In this document: piece after piece, positions 12,101-18,100 of the stretch
Numbering within the stretch: the stretch's first letter is position 1
Layout: the number at the start of each line of letters is the position of its first letter
DNA from: Candidatus Altarchaeum sp. CG2_30_32_3053
GTDB taxonomy: Archaea > Altiarchaeota > Altiarchaeia > Altiarchaeales > Altiarchaeaceae
Assembly: GCA_001873845.1 (NCBI GenBank)
Contig: MNZY01000237.1
Coordinates: 1 to 42,453, forward strand
Direction: 5' to 3'
DNA length: 42,453 bases
Translations under genes and position numbers: made by a program
Notes under the pieces: model-generated
The model's database searches: none
What the model was told of the DNA's origin: nothing
The model's input: the letters and a program-made list of their open reading frames with translations, nothing else

Positions 12101-15100
12101 GATGGAGGAGGGTATTCTACAAACACATCAAATAGATCCGATGTTAAAACGCCGATGGAAATTTCAAAAACAGCAAATGTCAGCACGGTTAAGAACGGGG
12201 ACTATGTTAACTTTTTGATACATGTTAAAAATCCGATTCAACGATATGATCCTTATACAGGACAGGAAATCAACTTTCCAGAAGGATGTATTTATAATTT
12301 AACAATTACTGATAAATTACCAGAAACATGGACATTTAATAATACTGAAATTATTAACGCAACATTAACCTATCCAGTCAACACAACATTAACCTTTAAT
12401 CCCATTACCCATCCTGATTATACAGAATCTTATACTCCAACAACAAACGAAATTCAATGGATATTGCACAAAAACCATACAAATTCAATTTACAACAATT
12501 CATTCTGTCCGGGTTCTGAATTATGGATAAATTTTACAGTTAAGGTTGGCGATAATGTTCCTGTTAATAGAATAGCGACAAATTATGTGAATATTACAGG
12601 AACAGATACCCATGGAAATTCGTGGACGCCTGCTAAAAATTCAACACAATTAAATGTTGTGGAAAATGCATTTTTAAATATAACAAAAGAAATTATTGAT
12701 AAAAGCCAAAGCTATAATATTGGAGAAATAATCAAATTTAAGATAAATGTTTCAAATCCAATGGCAAATGTACAGTACAATGTTACCGTAACTGATTATC
12801 TGCCCTGCGGTTTAAATATAACAAATGATTCTTATAAAGTTGAGCATAATACCTCTCAATACAATTGCAGTATATCAGGAGATGCCTGCGGAAATAATTG
12901 CGGAATGAAACTTACATGCAAATTTGATAATATTTCTCCTTATAACTACACTTTGATTTATGTAAATACAACTATTCTTACTTGCACGACCCAGGGACAA
13001 CACGACAATTATGTTAAGGCAGATGGCTTTAGGCCAGGCGAGATTTTTGAAAATCAGATTTTTGAAAAGCATGACCAAGTACAATTTACAATTAATCCAT
13101 TACAAGGAAGCATAAAATTGGACGCCCAGAAGAGCATAGGCAACTATATTTCCGGAGCGTTTGAACCAGGAGACAGAATAATTTTTGTCTTAAAGGCGTC
13201 AAATTTTGGTGATTCAGCAATTTCTAATGTGACTTTTACTGACGAATTACCAATTGGATTGATTTACGACCATTATGCTTCAAATCCTTTAAACATCGTT
13301 GAAAATGTAACTTTAACTAACAATGCAGAAGGCGGACAAATAGTTACATTTGAACTAAATAAAACACTTGGAAGCGGTGAGTCCTTAATTGTCTATATGT
13401 ATACAAATGTCACATCAAATATGAGCAAGGGGACAAATGTGAACAAACTGATCGTTGAAGGAAAACAGCCGAACGGAATGCCAATAAGAGATGAGGATAA
13501 TAAAGCATTTACAGTTGGAAAGCCAAAGCTGAGTATGATTAAAAAGGCATTAAACAAAACTGTAAAACCTGGAGAAGAAGTAACCTACACCGTACAAATA
13601 AAGAATATTGGCACCGGAACAGCATATAATTTAAATATAAGCGATATTTTTCCGCCAAACTGGAACAAAACAAAGGAAGAAATTAACATTACTCCAGAGC
13701 CAAAATCAAAAATTTTGTATTTTGACTTTGATACAGGAAATAGTCCTTTCTTTGGAAATAGCAATTCTCCAACAGCACCAGGTTATATTTCCATAACAAA
13801 AGAAACGCTATTGTATAATATTGAAACAGGATACGGATGGCTTACAAACCATACCTATCCTGAAGATAATTATAGTTCTTCTTTTAATTACAGCAAAATA
13901 ATGGATACTGGAGGGGATTTAAATCCTGATAGAGATAGAGACTATCATCATCAGGATATAAACAACACATTCATTATAGATCTTCCAACAAAAATAAATA
14001 CATTTACAGTTAGAACAGTATTCTGTAATCCTAATTCTTCTTATCAACATATTGATGTTAATATAACAACAAATTGTGGAAATTATTCTGTTTTGAGCGA
14101 TAAAAATGTAACTCCTGGTGAGTGTTTTATGAACACGACAGAAGTTAACGCAAGCGGACAATTGAATGTTACTCTCTTTTCAGATGCCAGCAACTGGATG
14201 ATTAATGCAATAATGGTTGATTCCGGAAAATTAATCGGATTTTTTCCAGGACAGACAGCCAATATTACCTATACATTAAAGGTTCCTGAAAACGAATCCT
14301 GCGGGCATTTATTTGCAAATGACATTAAAGTTAATTTTGACGACGGTATGGGATTCAATCAATATTTGGAAGCAACAGATGATGTTTTAACTGTTTGCGA
14401 TGTAAATTTAAATGTAAATAAGTTTATAAATACATTTGCAACAACATTTGCTCCCGGGGATACAATTCCTTTTGTAATAAATGTTTCAAATGATGGATTT
14501 AATAACTTATATAATGTAACTATTAATGATGATATTCCTACTGGAACAGAGATTAAAAACATTACTTATTACAACGGAACTAACTGGATATCAACAACAA
14601 CATTCCCTATTATTATTCCAGAACTTACAGGCAATAATTTTACCTTGATTTCGCTTTATTTAAATGTTACAAATACATCGTATGGAGAAAAGAAAAATCA
14701 TGTTTATGTAAGGGCTCAAAAAGCAGGAGGAGAATATGTCTGGGCAGAAGATGATGCCTTTTTTGTCATAGGAAAGCCAGAAGTAACGATTGAAAAGGAA
14801 AATTTAGTTCCTTATGCGCATCCAGGAGAAACTATTAAATATCAGGTAAAAGTTAAAAATAAAGGCAATACTTTAGCAAGAGATGTTATTTTTTTGGATT
14901 TCCTTCCGGATGATTTTGAAGTTGTAAATTTAACCTCAGATTGTATTGAAATAATGAAATTTGATTTTGGGCCAGAAAATCAGAAGGTCAAGGACGGATG
15001 GAAAAATGTAACGCCTTCAATGGTATATACAGCGGCAAGGGGTTATGGATTTGAAGCTGGAGATGCGCAAAAAGGACGTAATACAAGTCCATCAATAGAT

Positions 15101-18100
15101 GATGAAATGATGAATGATTCTGTGCATAGATACGGCGGCGGAACCATGTATTTTTTTGTAGATGTTCAAAACGGATTGTATAATGTGACATTTTATTATG
15201 ATAATAGTACATACGATGGATCATCTTTGTGGGACACACGCCTAAACGATGTGCTTATGGCAGGTCATGGTAGTAGCACAAACTGGACTTATGAAAATTT
15301 AAAGGTTACAAACAGCAGGATAAATTTTACAACCGATGGAAATAGTGGTGTAAGAATCCGCGGTCTTGAAATTAAACTGCTTTTCACTCCCACAAAAAAT
15401 TTGAATTATTCTCTTGGAAATATGGAGCCTGGAAAAGAATGTACTTTTGTATATGATGTTACGATTCCTGAGGGAACAAAGGATGGGGTTTATTATAACA
15501 ATGCATCAGCATCATGGAGAGACGGATTGAACAATTCATTTAAGGTTTATGCAAAGGACGATGTTGATGTTCATAACCTGGCAAATTTGGATATAAGTAA
15601 AACCATCGTTAATGTTGACCATAAATTTGAAACCAGAGATGTGATAATATTTAAAATAGAAGTTAGAAATACAGGAATTAACACGATTCACAATTTAACA
15701 TTTGAGGACAGGTTGCCGCTTGGAGTTGAATTTTTACATTTGTCTCCTGCATATAATACAAATGTCACAGTTATTGATGGAGGCGTAAGGGGACAAACAC
15801 TGGTTTTTAATCTACACAATGCAACAAATGAAAATAATAATATTTCGGGAAATTCTACACGAACATTTTATATGTATGCCATGGTTCATTCAAACGCTTC
15901 CGGCGGCAAAAATTTCAATTATATAAAAGTTAAAGGTTATGATATTAACGGAAAAGAGGAAAAGGACAGTGATTTGGTTGAATTTGACATAGGCAAGTCG
16001 CATGTGAGAATAAGCAAAAAGGCCTTAAATAAAACAGCAAAGCCAGGGGATATTATTGAATACGAAATTGAACTGGAAAATATAGGTGATGTGATTGCTT
16101 ACAGCTCAAAAATTTACAATATAACATTAGAAGAAGAACTTCCAGAAAACTGGACGATAGTAAATGCAACTTTAAAATACATTCCTACCCTTGCAACCCT
16201 TGCGTGTTATGATTTTTCAGCAAACGAGTCTGAAATTACAGGCAAATCGTGGAGCCCAATAGAACCCGGATGTTATCCTGTTTATAGAGAATGGTATAAT
16301 GAATCAAGGGGTTATGGATATTATTGGGCAGATGGTTATACTAGCATAGCTGAAAAGGATTATAATTACGAAGATGATTCTTTAAGGGATTATCATTACA
16401 GCTCAAGTGATGCAACCTTGAAATTTGACCTGCCTATTTTCTTGAACGAAACGATTAATGTTACTTTATATTTTTATTCTGTAGGTACAAACTATACTTT
16501 TAATGGCGTAAATGCAAGCGAAGATAATATAACATGGAAAAATGTTGTTGGAAGTACAACAGTTAATGCAGGAAATTTGCACACGGAAACATTTGAATTT
16601 AATACCTCAACAAAACAACTTTATCTGAAATTTATGAGAAGTGGTATTGGTGTAAATGATTGGTTTATAAACAAAATTGTTATTCAATATATCGGATTTG
16701 CAAATGCTTCTACCAATAAAACAATAACGATTCCTGTGCTTGTTCCAAAACAAAAGTCAATTTTTAACATGAGCGTTAAAGTTCCAGAATATGAATGTGA
16801 TGGAAGCTTTCCGAATTATGCTAAAATGAGTTATATGGATAAAGAAAAAACATTGGGAGAAGATTATGCAAAAGACGATGTTTTAATCCAATCACAGGCA
16901 TTTTTAAATGTAAGCAAAGAAATTTTGAATAAAAAGCAAGATTATTCAATTGGAGATGTAATTCAGTTTAAAATTAATGTTTCAAATCCGTACAGCAATT
17001 ACATTTACAATGTTTCGCTCATTGATGATTTAGCTTGTGGATTAAACATTACAGATGAGTCCTTCAATGTGAGTGGAAATACAACACCTTACACTTGCAG
17101 TGTACAGGGTAATGTTTGCGGAAACGGCTGCGGAATGAGTTTTACTTGTGCTCTTGGAACTTTAAAAGGAGAAAACAACATAATTGTTTATTTAAACGCA
17201 ACAGTCAAAGAATGCATGATTCCAGGACAGCATGATAATTATGTCAAAGTTGAGGGAAGAAGATGTAATATGACTTATGAAAAACACGACCACATTGAAT
17301 TTTCTATTGCCAATTACGGCGATTTGAATGTTATTAAGGAAAATAACGCATCTGGGGTATTACAGCCCGGAGAAAATGTTACCTATACAGTAAAACTTGG
17401 AAATTCAGGTGGAAGAAATTTAACTGTAAATATTACAGATAATGCACCTTTTGGATTTGTTTGTAATGCAACACAATACATAAATGTAATTATTCCTGCA
17501 AATTCTGAAATAGAGGTTAAATTTAACTGTCATGTAACATCAAATGCAAGTGAAGGCGCAAATGTGAATGAGGTTTATGTAAATGCAACCTCTGCTGACG
17601 GAAAGACATTTAAAGGACAGGCAACATCAACAGTAACACTAGGTAAGCCAAAAATAAGGATAATAAAGGAATCAATTTTAGATAAAGTTGTTCCAGGTAG
17701 TAATATAACTTACAGGATTACAATCACCAATGAAGGAAGGGCAAACGCTGCAAATATAACCATTACAGACATTCTTCCAGATGGATGGAGCTTTAAGGAC
17801 ATTACAACAAATGGATGTAATGTTGCTAATGAATCGCAAAATGGAAATATTATAAAATTTGTAAATGGAAGCATCAATGCGGCATCAGATAATTATCAGG
17901 TTGCTACCTGCTATTTTGAATTTAATGTCTCTGTTCCGGAAAATGAAACAAACGGAATTCATTATAATAAATTTAATGCTTCCTATAAAGATGGGGCAAA
18001 TACAACCTATAACATTTCAACACAGAAGGACAATGGAATAAATGTTCAAAATTTAATGCTTTATACTGAAAAGTTTGTTAATGTGAGTAATGCACAGCCC

